NCBI RefSeq assembly: GCF_009914755.1
Contig: NC_060934.1
Direction: 5' to 3' (one strand)
From: the human T2T-CHM13v2.0 reference genome, Homo sapiens
Length of the DNA: 64,000 nt
Shown here: positions 14,281 through 30,674 of the stretch, one piece after another
Numbering within the stretch: the stretch's first letter is position 1
Layout of the letters: the number at the start of each line of letters is the position of its first letter
Made by a program: the position numbers and the translations under genes
The notes under the pieces: generated by a model
What the model was told of the DNA's origin: nothing
The model's input: only the letters and a program-made list of their open reading frames with translations
Database searches by the model: none

Positions 14281-15387
14281 TTTCTTCTTTTGCCCTTCCT
14301 TCTAGTTCCTAAAATACTCCCCATCTTCCACAAGGCCCCTTCAGATGCCCTGGCCTTTAAAACTCTCCATGAAGGCCCAGGTAGAGCTCTTCTCTCCAAT
14401 CTCTGCTCTTCTAACTATACTGCCACATTTTACCTGAAATGTAGTTATTTCTGTTTACTCACAAACACTGTCTACCCACTGGGCTTCAAGCCTCTTGAGG
14501 CCTCAGGCAACTTTGAAGACCCATCAATGTGCCTCAAGCATTGCTTCTTTGTATATAGAAAGTATGAAATCAATGTGTTTTTGGATCAACTGTATTAATG
14601 CCTCATAAAATGCGCTCATCCCTTCATCAGATGCTGACAGGGCAGAACCTGACACTGTGCTAAGTACGGGCTGTCCACCCTGAGAGTCAATCTTGATTTT
14701 TGCTACAAAGTCAAAGTCATCATTACATGGAATAAGTGGATATACTAGAATTTTGGCTGTTGATTTGCTGACAAAGTATTTAAATTCACCCTTAACACAG
14801 ATGAATTTCAGACCAAAATAGAAAATGTAGTCCTTGCTGAGGATGAGGCTGGAATGATCAGAAGTGTGTGATCACCAAAACCTTAGCGTATTTTCAGCCT
14901 TCGTGGATGATCCCAACTGAAACTAAACCACAGGAGTGAAAATGTCACAGCATTTAAGGGGTCACTGTGGAAACTGCAGGATTTCTCCCGCGACAGTCTC
15001 GGCTGTTCAGGTTTCCTCCCTGTTCTGCTAGGAAGAGGAAAGGATTGCTCCATTCCTAAGAATGACCTGACTTAAATGATGAAAAACTGGGTAAATAATC
15101 AACTTACTTGGACTATAAAACTAATGTGGACTTGAAAAAAAGGAAAACAGAGGAAGAGTCAAGACAGCTAACAGACGTAGCACGTGGGTGTGAATAACTT
15201 ACAACTGACCAACATGATTTACAACCAGTAAGAACCAAAATTCCATTATTTTCTAGAGATATCATGTCATACAGAGATTCCTGAACTCCTACAGACAAAT
15301 CTTTTATTTGTAATGATTTCAGAGAAAATAGTTCAGAAAAGATTTCTGATGCATTATTAACTAGAAGAAATTTTGTATAAACAAAAT

Positions 15388-15436
15388 TGTGTGTAGATGT
15401 GTGTGTGTGTGTGTATGTGTGTGTGTGCCTGTGTGT
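15388..15436. repeat. (TG)n microsatellite, interrupted
   Basis: tgtgtgtagatgtgtgtgtgtgtgtgtatgtgtgtgtgtgcctgtgtgt. Confidence 0.9.
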
Positions 15437-16031
15437 ATTCTCCCTAAGTATACAGTAGGGTCTTACCTAAAGTTGCAATGGAATAAGGAAATCCAAAAAC
15501 TGTTACATGATCATCAAGCTTAAATGAAAGGTTTCCTTGCTAATTTTTTACAAATGGAAAATCCAGGCTCAGTGGAAAATAAAAGGAAGTGGTCAGTTAA
15601 ACCCATCAGAGCTTCAGAGGAAACTATAACTCATTTTTTTTTAATATTATAGCTTCCTCTCCCTCTCCCCCCAAAAAATAGAATCACATAGATCTGGGGT
15701 CAAATCTAAGCTCCATCACTTACTAGCTGTGTGATGCTTTGGTCATTGTTAGCCTCTCTGAGCCCAGTGTCCCTCACAGGTAAGTCATACTATGCCAGCT
15801 GGGAGGACTAAATGACATAGTTTCTATCACAACTTGGACAGGGATGGCACATAAGAAGCACTTCATGTGACTGACAATAAGGATTACACCACACTGCCAT
15901 TTGTATTGGTCATACCTCTGCTCCTTTTGTCTAAGAATATATTTCCGTTGCCCTGCAATCCAGGAAAACACTACTGTTCTTACAATTGAATTTTCATTTT
16001 GCTGCAAACCATAACATCTTACCACAAAAAT

Positions 16032-16070
16032 ACACACACACACACATACACACACACACACACACACACA
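16032..16070. repeat. (CA)n microsatellite
   Basis: About 19 CA units with one TA interruption. Confidence 0.95.
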
Positions 16071-16395
16071 TCTCTGTTCTCCTATTGGAAGTGAGAAAAA
16101 GAATCACTCATAAGAAGTTCATCCAAACTGACAATCATAGTTACCTGAATAAGAAAAGTTAATAAATGTCTTCTCAATAACTCTGGGGGACTCTATCCTT
16201 TACCATGAAAACCATGCACACTCTTTTGTCCCCAATATGCCTGGACTTTTTGGTGGCCTATTGCTTGCTGTTAATAAAGAAAAACAAAATAAAACAAAAT
16301 TATGGAATGTAAAGTAGAGAGAAGGCAAGCCCATCTTTCTTCCTCTGATGATCAAAGCTAAAAATGAACCACTGTCATGAAGTATCGAACAACAG

Positions 16396-16457
16396 ACACA
16401 CACACACAAACACACACACACACACACATAAACACACACACACATAAACACACACAC
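16396..16457. repeat. (CA)n microsatellite, interrupted
   Basis: CA runs interrupted by aa/taa. Confidence 0.9.
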
Positions 16458-16652
16458 CCCATGGGTAAATCAGGCAATCAGGCATCTACCCTACGCTACA
16501 ACCAATTCCAAGTTCTGGCAGGAACAGTCCATGAAGGGCAGTAACTGGAGAGAAGAGCAGGCTCATGTCCATCCCCGTGCGTGGGGACCATCAGGAAATG
16601 TGCACCAAAACATTTTTTAAAATAAAATATTTGGTAGGTAACTGCCTGTTCC

Positions 16653-16933
16653 TTATTTTTATTTTGAGATGTTCTGTTGCCCAGGCCTGGAGTATAGTGG
16701 TACAATCATGGCTCACTGCCACTTTGAATTTCTGGGCTCAAGCAATCTTCCCACCTCAGTTTCCTGAGTAGCTGGCACTACAGGCACATGCCACCATGCC
16801 TGACTAATTTTTTAGTAGAGACAGGGTCTTGCTATGTTGTCCAGGCTGCTCTTGAACTTCTGGCTTCAAGCGATCCTCCCCATTCAGCCTCCCAAAGCAC
16901 TAGGATTACAGGTGTGAGCCACTGTGCCCAGCC
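16653..16933 (-). mobile_element. AluJ-like element
   Basis: ctgggctcaagcaatcttcccacctcag...gagacagggtcttgctatgttg...gtgagccactgtgcccagcc. Confidence 0.9.
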
Positions 16934-17777
16934 TTTTAAATATTTTTAAATGTAGTCGAGAAGAACAATCTTTTCAAAGTCATGCAAATTCATTTCTTCC
17001 CCCAAACACATCTTTTGTGAGGGACACACACCCCTGTTCCCTCAGCTGTTCTCCCTGCCACGTGGTTACAGACCAGCCTCTTTCTATATTCTGCTCTGGA
17101 AGCATGTCACAGACTTCTTAAAATGTAACCATGGTTGGAGTATTTCAGATATGAGCCACCTAATTTAGAGTTCACTGAGACCCCATGTTTCCATTTCTGT
17201 ACCTTCAAGGTCTACAAATCCAGTCCAGGAGTGCATTCACTTGTCATCTAAAATGACCCCTCACTCTTTTTAATATGAACTGCTATTATACCAGGTTTCC
17301 CTATCGGGGATCTGCTTAGCTAGTTTTTTGTTTGTTTGTTTGAACTGCAGGCCTTTTCATTTTACCTAACAACTTATTCTGTGAATTTTGACACACAGTT
17401 CCAACCTGTTGAGGACTTTTAAAGCTGGGATTCCTTCAGCCAAGCTGGTAGCTGCCAGGGGCTGTGCTAGGCTTATTAAAAGCATGAGATGCTGGTGTTG
17501 GTGAGATGTCAAGAAATGGGCACTTCCACACACAGCTGGTAAAAGTGCAAATTGGTACAGCTTTCCATAAGGCAGTCTGGAAACAGTTTTCCTACTCCTT
17601 AAAAATGTGCATAGCTTTGATTCAACAATTCCACTTCTAAGAAGTCATCTAAAGGAAATAACTAGAAAAGTATGCACAGATATAAGCAGAAAGACATTCA
17701 GCATAATTCACAGTGAAGTCAGAAAACACCTCTTCTATGTCCAACTCAGGGCAATGGTTAAAAATGAAAAAACATAA

Positions 17778-18070
17778 GCGCCTGTAATCCCAGCACTTTG
17801 GGAGGCCAAGGCAGGAGGATCACTTGATGACAGCAATTCGAGACCAGCCTGGGCAACATAGCAAAAACCCATCTCTACAAAAAATTTTAAAAAATATATT
17901 AGCCAGGCTTGGTGGCATGTGTCTATAGTCTCGGCTACTCAGGAGGCTGAAGCCAGGAGGATCACTTGAGCTCAAGAGTTTAAGGCTGCAGTGAGCTAGA
18001 ATTGTGCCACTGCACTCCAGCCTGGGTGAGGGAGCAAGGCCCTGTCTCAGGAATGAAAAACAGCAAAACA
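17778..18070 (+). mobile_element. AluJ-like element, slightly 5'-truncated
   Basis: gcctgtaatcccagcactttgggaggccaaggcaggaggatcacttga...aggctgcagtgagc...ccctgtctc. Confidence 0.9.
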
Positions 18071-18139
18071 ACGTGGGAACCACACGATGTGATATTCCAC
18101 AGTCATTAAGCTGATGGTACACAAATGGAGGGGTTTTGT

Positions 18140-19620
18140 TTCTGGTAATGACAGTTTGAGTCATTTAGACCTAACTTCCCACTAAAAACAACTAGAAAAG
18201 CTAGGGAAAATATACAAAAATGGTATTTGAAAGCAATGTAGCATTTCCAAAGTAATAAAGTATTATGGGACCATGACCCAGATGGAGAAGAAAACAGAAG
18301 GTATGATCCCAAAATGGGGAGGTAACTGTCCCACTCAAGGAATCTGCAGCTATTAGGAGAGGCAGCTGAGAGGCCAAAAAACCTCACCAGAACTTCCCAC
18401 AGACTCACAAGGCAAGGAAGACAAAATCCAGAAATGAGGGCCTGCGAAGAGGCAGTATTGATAACTCCCCACTCCAGGGTTTGGGTTGGGATCTCAAAAT
18501 GCTATACCCAAGGAGAGAGGGCGAATGAGAAGTAGATCAGTCTTCACAAAGCCTGAGACCTGTTCAGTCACTGATCACAAGTGCCCCTAGCTTAGGCACC
18601 AACCAACCATATGACATCATCTAGCGGCTCAATTTGTCTTTAAGCTGCCCATATACAATGTCTGACACTCCAAAAATAACCAGGCATAAGTGAACACCGA
18701 GAAGATAAGACTGAAATACAAGAAAAAAACCACAGGCAATAGAAACTGACCTATAGGAGATGCAGTTAAAGGAACTCAGAAGCAGAATTTAAAATTTAAA
18801 ATGCCACACTTCATATGTTCAAGAAATTGAAAAACAGAAAAGTCAGCAGAGAACTAGAGCCACATGGAAATTCTAAAAACTGGAAAATACAACTCAATGA
18901 ATAGGTTCAATGGCATTTTAAACACAGCTGAAGGAAGAAATCGTAGAGTGAAAAATCGGTCTGAAGAAAATATGCAGGACAAAAGCATAAAGAGATAAAA
19001 GGCTGGAAAGTTCAGAAAAAAGCTTCAGAGACATATGGGACATGGTGAAAGGTATATGTAATTAGAGACCCAGCAAAGGAGGTAAGAGAAAACCTCAGAA
19101 GCAATATTTGAAGAGAAAATAAGAATTTTTCAAAATTGGGAAGAGATATCAAGTCACATACTTTTATAAAAAAAATCACGAATCCAAAGTATTATAAATG
19201 AAAAAGAAAAGCCACACCTAGAAGAATCATAGTAACATTGCTGAAAAACAGAGACAAAGAAAAGAAAGATGCGGTATATTAAAAAGAGCAATAATAACTG
19301 ACAAATGACACCACAGAAGACAAAAGAATATACTATATGGTTCAAAGAAACAATTGTCACCTAAAGTTCTGTATGATTAAAATTGAAAATGAAATATCCT
19401 TTAAAAAATGAAATATTCTTAACATTAAAGGTGAAATAAAGATATTTGCAGACAAGCAAAAATTGAGAGAATTCAGCAGCCGCAGATTGCATTAAAGAAA
19501 TACTAAGGACTTTTCTTCAGGAGAGAGGAATATTACTTTTGACAGCTGCTTGGAGATTGTAGGAAGGAATGAAGCGGTAAGGTTAACATGTGGGAACCTC
19601 TAAATGAATATTAAAGGCAT
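18140..19620 (+). mobile_element. Old L1M fragment (5'UTR/ORF1 region), degenerate
   Basis: A-rich ORF1-like motifs gaagcaatatttgaagag, ccacacctagaagaatcatagta and ggtgaaataaagatatttgcagacaagcaaaaattgagagaatt. Confidence 0.7.
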
Positions 19621-20086
19621 GGTACAGAAATGAGAAAGAGAGGAGGTAAACAGAACCCAGTGAATAAGTTTACAACAGTTTAAACACAGCACATATCCAC
19701 TTTCAATGCCTTCATTTCCAGGAACATATTTTTTAACTGGAAGAAGATTCCATGACCCCAGGCCTCGGCATGCCTGCCTGGAACTTCAGTCACTAGGGAT
19801 TTAGCCCAGATTTCTTCTAGCTACGTCCACTTTATTCTTTTCTCTCATTTTTTCAACAAATCTGTTGAGCATCTATTATGGGCAAGGCACTATACAGAGT
19901 TCTGGGGCCACAGAGATGAAGACACTCATTTTATAGGCAAAGAAGGAAAACTCAGAGAAGTTCAGCAACTTGCCCAAGGTTACCTGGCTCCTACATGGCA
20001 GAGCCAAACCCTGGATCTATTTCCTTGCCAGGAATTTTCTACTAAGCAACCTTGACTCCCCCACCCCTAAAAAGTCACATACATGA

Positions 20087-20461
<375 letters not shown>

Positions 20462-21487
20462 TGACATCCTCATATCACCGTCAGTCTCTTCACCATCTTC
20501 GAAGTATTCCTTTTCACTTTCTTTCCTATTATTTTTACCTTTGTAGAATAAAAATATCTTGAATTCATAAATGGATCGTGTGACCTTCTATTTCTTAAGA
20601 TGCGAGCATGCAACGTTCTGCAGTTAGAAGAATCCCACTGGAATTTTCAACCATTTAATGATGCTACCCAAATCATACACAGCTACTGTCCTCTTGCCCT
20701 GGCCAAGAACTGGGGTCAGGGTCAAAGCTAAAGCTCTAATGTGGCCCAGGAAAGAAGGAAGGAGGCTACCACTTTGCTCCACCTGCCTGATCCCATCCCA
20801 CCTGACAGGACCTGGGCACTGGTCCCCCACTGATAAACAGGGGGGAAGAGGCCAATTTTGATAGTATCCATGGGGCTCTGCAGCCAGACCACTCTCCTTC
20901 CTTCTTCCCCTTACCAAATTCAGTACCTCCAAGCTAAGAGTTATCCTCCTAAACCCTGGCAATAATTCTGCATATATCTGCATTACTGTTTAACAACTTG
21001 CAGGAAAAATTATATCTATACAGCAATAATCAATCATGGGTGTATAGATAATTTACGGCCAAGACACATTTTAAAAAGACGGTTTTGTTAAATGAAAGTA
21101 CTGTTTCATTATCTCTGCTATTAACATAACAGCCCAATTTTATTTACCACAGAGCTTATTACCATATGACCTCACTTTTCTTTTTTTAATTAATAGGAAA
21201 CACAAAAACCTGACCCTACTGGAGAATAAAATCCTGCACAGAAAAATTAATGTAACCTTTAAAACCCTGACGTAAAAGGCTACATAGGTTGAGTGCGTTA
21301 ACTCTTCCCATGTCCACAGATTAACATTGCCGGAGTATTCCACGAGATTCCACTAGTATATCATGATGAGAAAGACCAACTTCTAAGGCAGCTTGAAGCT
21401 TTCTGTCCTCAGGTCTTTTCAGTTTGATTTGCTTAATGTAAAACAAGTATTCAAAATAAGCAACGACTTAAATAGGTTGGTTGAAAT

Positions 21488-21710
21488 CAGTGGTTTCAAC
21501 TTGGGGCGATTTTGCCCCCCAGGGAACATGTGGCAATGTCTAGGGACATTTTTGGTTGTCTCAACAGGGTGAAAGATGCTACTGGCAACCAGTGGGTAGA
21601 GTCCAGGGGTGCCGCTAAACATTGTACAATGCACAGGACAGTACCCTCCCTCTCCCCAGCACAGAATAACCCAGTCCAAATGTTAACAGTGTCATCGCTA
21701 AGAAACCCTG
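21488..21710. mobile_element. MER20 hAT-Charlie element
   Basis: cagtggtttcaacttggggcgattttgcccccc...ggcaatgtctagggacatttttggttgtc...ctaagaaaccctg. Confidence 0.85.
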
Positions 21711-24700
21711 GTTTAAATTTTTCTTCTTGAATAGCTGCATTTAACCAGATGGTCTATAACCTTGTAAGTGCTAACAACACACTGGCTTACACAGCTCCCA
21801 CCCTTGTTATTTTATTTATATATGCAAACAGATGTGTTATGTTCTTTTTAAGACCACCTTTGAATGGAAGAAAACTTGCCAAAATGTAATTACATTCAAT
21901 CTATGTCAGGGTGAGCATAGTTTCATTCAGTCCCCAAATGAAGACACACTGGAAATTAGGTGGCAGTGCATTTAATATGGGGAGGTTTCCTGAGAGTTAG
22001 GCCTTCAGTTCTTGTTTAAAGGAAGAATAAGGAAAGAAGAACCTCCACATTTCTAGGCTAAATGAGGAACATGGGGTAAGGGGTGGGGTGGCTGACATAG
22101 CTGAATCAGTGGATTTTTGGAGAAGCAGGTTGTATTTATAGGAGGTCAAGACTTGTAGGATGTGACCAGCTGGTAAGAAGCTTTGAGGATGATCATCAAA
22201 GGTTATATTTAATCCCAAGCAATAAAAAGGCAGCAACCATTACGAGTCCACTAAGAAATACTCAGAAGACAAAAACACATTGGTCTACTCTCTTCCCATC
22301 CAGATTGCAGACATTGCCCTTTATACATACTCTTACATCCTCCCTAACTTCCAGGCATAGTTAATACTCTGCCTCCTTAAATCATAATTTATACTCTGAG
22401 CCTGGGGCCTAATTACTTAATCTTTTCAAATTCATGGAACATATATGGGTAGCATGTATCATGACCGTGGGACAGCTTGAGCCACTTAATAAAACTTTCA
22501 AGTCCAAATCGTATACAAAAACATCCTGGTCTTATCTAAAATTTCGACATTCTCTGGAGAAACAATCTTTAGTGTGTTCTCCAGAGGGATTCTCAGGGTC
22601 ATCCAATTCTGATGCTTAAATCAAATAATCGTTTGGCTTTCTCTCTTTGTTCCTCAAACCCCACCAACCCCACCCCCAGGGTTTTGTCCGTCCAAACTGT
22701 TCATTTTGCTTCACCAAGTCTGTTTCTGTGCCAAATTCTGCAAGTTAAGCCTTCAGCCTTTGGACTATCCTTTTACAAGATGGGGGCTCAGATTAAATTC
22801 TCACTAACTTGTTCCTGTTGTGATCCCAGATGTGCTTCTAATCTGTGTTCCTTTTGTGTGTGATCTCAAGGCATTTGGACTAAAATGGAAAGTCAGCATT
22901 TTTTAGAAAGTAATTGGTCTTTTATTATACGATACTTTGAATGGGATCAATGTGTTTCGGCAAAAACAGAAATGATGACGAGAAGAAAGAAAGAAGAACA
23001 CAGATAGATGGGAAGATTTCACCCCTTTCGTGAGGACACTTAGGATAATGAGCAGGGGTCTAAGCTACAGGAGGGTGGAAGGGGAGGACGTCTGAAGAGC
23101 TTGAAGTGATCTCTGCAAGTTTAAAACAAAAGCACAGTTGTCTCCTGTCTAGAGTCAGTTTGTATTCAATTGTTTTTTAAAAGGAAACCACCAATGGTGA
23201 GGATGTTTCATTATGCTAAATTATAAATCACTCCTGAAAAATAACATTTAGAAAGAAAGGAAAAGGTTTTGGAAATAGGCTACACGTACCATTACCAAAA
23301 TTGTGTCATTTCAGAATGATAAATGCCCTGTGTGTATTTTTGAGGCATAATGCAGTAAAGACTTTAGTACTTCCAGTTTTCACTAGTTGAGCACAATGGC
23401 AGTGACGCCAGAAAAGAAGTGACTTTTAAAAGAAGGGAACAAAGGAAGAGGGGGCATGGTTTTGGAACAGGCTGGGCATTAAGGATAAAAAAGAACTCAA
23501 GAATGGAGCAAAGTAGGGAGCTGGGTGCCTGGGAGGACACTGACACCCAGAGGAAAATAAGGGAGACAGGACTGATTTGATCATTTTTGATATTTGATGT
23601 GTGAAACATTTTTACCTACTTGAAAGTAGTGTTAAAGTACAATGTGATCCATTGCTGTTTTGGGAAGCATCGATATTCCTTTTTACATGCGTAAAATCCC
23701 CATTCATCACTGGGAGCTTTCAATCCTTTTGGTATTTCCAGTTGCTCATACTATCCTATGTATATCACCAATGTAACAACAGCTGTTTTTATTGCTGCTG
23801 TCATTGTGCTGGAAAAGCGCAAACATGTTTGTACAGCTTTCTAAGCAAAACTGTCATTTTCCCTTTTATTAAATTGGTTGTTTGTGATTAGTGGGAAGAG
23901 TTAAATCGCTGTAGAAATCCTATTAGAAAGAGTAATGTAATAGCCTGTACAGGGATCCCAGTCCATTTCCCAAGACAGGTCATTAAATTACTTTCCGAGA
24001 GGAGAAGATTCACACAGAGCATTCAGGGCAATTAAGAAAATCACCCTATTCCTGGCTCTTGGGCATTTTTGAAGTGAGATATGCTTTGAGCAAAACCAGG
24101 GAATGTGGTAAAGGAAAATAATTTTTGCACAGGCTTTAGAAGGTCACAGGACAGGGAAATAAGCAATATGTTTGAATCCTGGCCTAGCCACAGAGCAGCT
24201 TTGAGACAGATTAACCCTGCATAGCAAAGCCTCTCTTTACCTGTGGTGGGTTTGGCTTCCTTAATTCATTGTAAGGTGATGCCTCACCTTGTTTGTCCTA
24301 ATTGTGAGAACACCATCATATTATACACCAAATTGGCTGGTTCACAGAAGGGCAAAGATCCTAGACTGAAGATATTTTTAAATTCTCCCACTGTGGTATA
24401 CTATTATTTGACAGTAGACTATGAATACATTATAGAACCATACTATAAATTTCACAGTCTTTCTTGATCAGACCTCCTCCAGAGATTGAGCTGTAATACC
24501 TTAACACATCCATCATATATGATGAATTAATGTCTCTCCTATGCATTTAGAATGGTGTTACTTATGCATCATCCTTGGGAGAATTGAGAAAGACACTCAA
24601 TCATTTTTCTCTGTCTTCTGTGATTACGATGAAACACTCTAAGAAAGGCCGTGCCTCACACAAACACCCAAAAGTAATAAATTAGTTAACAAATAAATAA

Positions 24701-24789
24701 TACAATAGAGACAAAGAGCTAAGAAACCAACATACAGAAAACTAGAATACTGATTTTTTAAAAATCCAAAACCAGGTAACAAAAAGGAA

Positions 24790-24843
24790 GTGAAAGAAGG
24801 AAGGAAGGAAAGAAGGAAGGGAGGGAGGGAGGGAGGGAGGGAG
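24790..24843. repeat. (GGAA)n-(GGGA)6 polypurine microsatellite
   Basis: gaaggaaggaaggaaagaaggaagggagggagggagggagggagggag. Confidence 0.9.
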
Positions 24844-24859
24844 AAAAACAAAAAACCCA

Positions 24860-26160
24860 AACAGATGGAAAAGTAGAAAATAAAGAACAGCAACTTCAAA
24901 AAAGCCAACCATATTAATAATTACATTAAAGATAAATGATCTAAATACTCCAAAATAAAAGGCAGAGATGGTCACAGGCAGTGAAAAAGGAAGACTTAAC
25001 TACACGCTGTCAGCAAGAAACCCACTATAAGTATAACAATGCATATAGATTAAAACTGAAAGAGCAAAGAGCAGTAAATGATATATTATAGAAGATGAAA
25101 TACTATTTGATAAATTGGACTTCAAAATTTTAAAATTCTGCTGATCAAAATACACCATTAAGAAAATATAAAGTTAAGCCACAGTGTTGAAGAAAACATT
25201 TGCTACACAATCGACTTGTATCCAGAATATATAAAGAACTGTTAACCACCTTAACGCACGTAAAAATGGGTAAAAAAAATCTGAACGTTTACAAAAAAAA
25301 AATATATTTGAATGGCCAATAAGTTCCATGTAAACATGGTCAATTTCATGAAATATCAGGGAAATGTGAACTAAAACCACAATGAGATACCAATATCCAA
25401 CCATTATAATGGTTGAGTTGAAGAAGACTGAATATACCAAGTGTAAATTATAAATCACCACCACCACCGACATATAATGTATACCTTGGTGAGGATAGAA
25501 ACAATAGAACACATATATATTTCTGGCGGGAAAGTAAAATGGTAGACTTTGGGAGACAATTTGGCAATTTCTTAGAAAGCTAAACACTTGAAACAGGAAT
25601 TCCATTCCTGGGTATATTCCCAAATGAAATAAAAATATATTTCTACACAGTGACTTACACAGAGTTAATTATAACAGCTTTACTCTTAATAGCTCAAAAC
25701 TTGAATCAACCCAAATATCCATCAACAGGGGAATGTATGAGCAAACTGCAGAATATCCAACAATGAGTTACTACTCAAGCAATAACAAGAAATGGACTCC
25801 TGATACCAACAACACAAATGAATTTCAAAAGCATTATGTTAATCAAAAGGAGCCAGACACAAAAGAGTACAATCACATGATTTCGTACATATGAGTTTCT
25901 AGAAGAGAGAAATCTAATCTTTAGTGCTATAAAACAGATTGGTCGTTACTTGAAGCCAGAGTTGATAAGAAAGACTGATTGAAAAGGAACACTACAAAGG
26001 AACTGACTATGAAGAAATATTTTTGGGATGAGGGAAATATTTAATGTCTTGATTTGGGTGACGGTTACGTGGGTGTATATACTTGTCAAAATTCATTAAA
26101 CTGTCCACTTATGTGTATTTTATCTTTTTATTGTTTTACTTCAAAGTTTATTTTTACAAA
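24860..26160 (+). mobile_element. Old L1ME-type fragments (ORF2 pieces and 3' end)
   Basis: aattacattaaagataaatgatctaaatactcc, aaaaccacaatgagatacca, aattccattcctgggtatattccca, agccagacacaaaagagtaca, tacttgtcaaaattcattaaactgt. Confidence 0.75.
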
Positions 26161-26289
26161 AATCTCCACTGTGATATGGTTTTCTCTCTTTTTAATTCTA
26201 CAAATTTCTATGGTATATATTTTGAAAAAATTCTAAAGCAAGTGTTTCAGATTGAAGGAAAATGATACTGAGTAGAATTATGACCAGGC

Positions 26290-28391
<2,102 letters not shown>

Positions 28392-29479
28392 CTCATGCCT
28401 GCTTTTGAAAACATGTCTAGCTACTTTTTATTTTATGCTAGACACTGTGTATGGCAGTGCCATAAAGGATCCAGATGATTTTCCCACCAGAGAGAGCACA
28501 GCCTTTCATCTGTAGGAAAATTGGACTGATGTGATCAGTCTCTCACTTGCCAGGAATTGAGCTGGGTCAGGGTTGGGCTGCACTTCTAGTAAGGCTCAGC
28601 CCAAGCCTTAGTAAGGCTCATCCTCAAGGATGGCTCCTTGACGGTGACCATCCTAGGCTTTTAATTTAGGGTCTGGAGTATCTGTCTTTTTGGCCCACAA
28701 ACACTACAAAAGACTACAGATGAAGTTCAGTTTTATCTTTTGCAAACTAGAAGCGTACTCTTTAGCTTTCTTGCCCATGCAACTTGGGCAGGAAACATGA
28801 CATGGGAGACTAGTTATGTGTTTGTTGCAAGCCCCATTCCTCTTGCTGGACCTTGTCTCCCAAGTTACCAGCAGATTGTGGAAGATTTCACTCTGCCTTT
28901 CTCACCCAGTACCTCAGCCTCCTAAATGATGCCAGAAATTATATGTAAATTTATACTACTTTGTCAAGCAAACTTTCAACACAAGTCTTTTCTTTTTTCA
29001 CTATTAACACTTTAAGCATCACCATAGACATATTGCTTTTACTATTGACTGACTTAATATTGTTTGATAGTATAAAAGCAAACTTTTACACAGCCACTAT
29101 TTAAAATTAACTCAAATCTTAAGTGATGTTTTGACTATTTTTTCAAATTGTGATTTTCTATTTGAGGAAATGCCCTCAAACTATATCTTAGAAGTTTAAA
29201 AATATTCATTGCAACTTGGCCGATGCCTGGTGTGCTTTGTGGTAGAAGAAAACTGAACATCTCATCTCAGATAAGAGGCATTATCATCTCATAGTTAGCA
29301 ACTGCAAGTAACAGCTGTGATGTCTTGGAGACCCTTTAATATCGTATCCATTGTTGAAGGTCAGATCTTATCCCTTACCAGTCCAAGAATGATGTATGTG
29401 TCAGCTGTCATGAAGCCCCTTCTGGGACAAGTAGAGAGATGCATTTATACAACTGAGTAGATATCTGCCATTTTTGCCT

Positions 29480-30000
29480 GCTTGCCTTCTATTCACCTCT
29501 TATATCATCCCAGAACCCAGAGTTATTTTGGGGAACCACGGTTCTCCCACCCAGTCCTGTGATTTCAGTGGACTATCTCCTTCCCCCTATGCCAAGAGTG
29601 GACACATGGCCCAGGCTTGGCCAATCACCGTATTCTACACCTTTTGACTACATTGATCATTTCAAATGAGGGCACATGACCTAAATGAGATCTCAGAGAC
29701 TCTATTTGAGGACTTCTATTTACATCGTTGAGGAAGACAATGTTTGCAGCTGGGGTTGTTGAGAAGGGGAGACAAGACTGTAGCTGTTGTCAGCCATCTT
29801 GCCATGATGAAGGTCGGCTCTCTCTGAGGGCAGAGACAACAGAAAGAATAAATTCCAGTCTTGGGAACACTTGTTGAGTCACTGGAGTCTCTCATATCTA
29901 AAGCCAGAAAATGCCCCTGGACTTTGGGTATTGTAAACAGAAAACAAATTCCAATGTAACATAAGCCGGCTTTAGTTTTCTGCCACTCATAACCAAGAGT
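29480..30000. mobile_element. LTR16-like (ERVL) solo LTR, old
   Basis: cacatggcccaggcttggccaatca...gggcacatgaccta...cagccatcttgcc resembles LTR16. Confidence 0.55.
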
Positions 30001-30376
30001 TGATTTATTAAGTAATTCTTACTAATGGATCATCATTCTCAGCCAGACTTCATTCCAAGAAAAAAGGGCTAGAATGATGCACTGGGTCCAGAAAATGGAG
30101 ATAAAATTAAAGTGCTCCTATTGCATTACACTGAGTGGGAATCCATTCTTGGGAGTTGGCTCTGTCACAATGCAAATATGGACATCAATAAGCCACTAAG
30201 CTTTGGAGGAGCAGAGAAATGCAGTTTTAGGGGCTGGACTAGCAGTTAGAGAGAATAGTTAAATAATCAGATTGAGATGATCTAAGACAGTTGTAAATAT
30301 GGACTTCAGCCTTGCAAAATATTAGAACTGCAGGTAAAGATTTTGTGTCATGTTAACAGAAGCGACAGATGAAATG

Positions 30377-30674
30377 GGCTGGGTGCAGTGGCTCACGCAG
30401 GTAATCCCAGCACTTTGGGAGGCTGAGGTGGGCAGATTACTTGAGGTCAGAAGTTCAAGACCAGCCGGGCCAACATGGTGAAACCCCATCTCTACTAAAA
30501 ATACAAAAATTACCCAGGCATAGTGGCATGCGCCTGTAATCCCAGCTGCTCAGGACGCTGAGGCAGGAGAATCGCTTGAACCCAGGAGGCGGAGGATGTG
30601 CTGAGACAAGACTGAGCCACTGCACTCCAGCCTGGGTGACAGAGTGAGACTCTGTCTCAAAAAAAAAAAAAAAA
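30377..30674 (+). mobile_element. Full-length AluS
   Basis: Dimeric Alu with poly-A; decayed TSD aagcgacagatga / aagtgatagatga. Confidence 0.95.
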
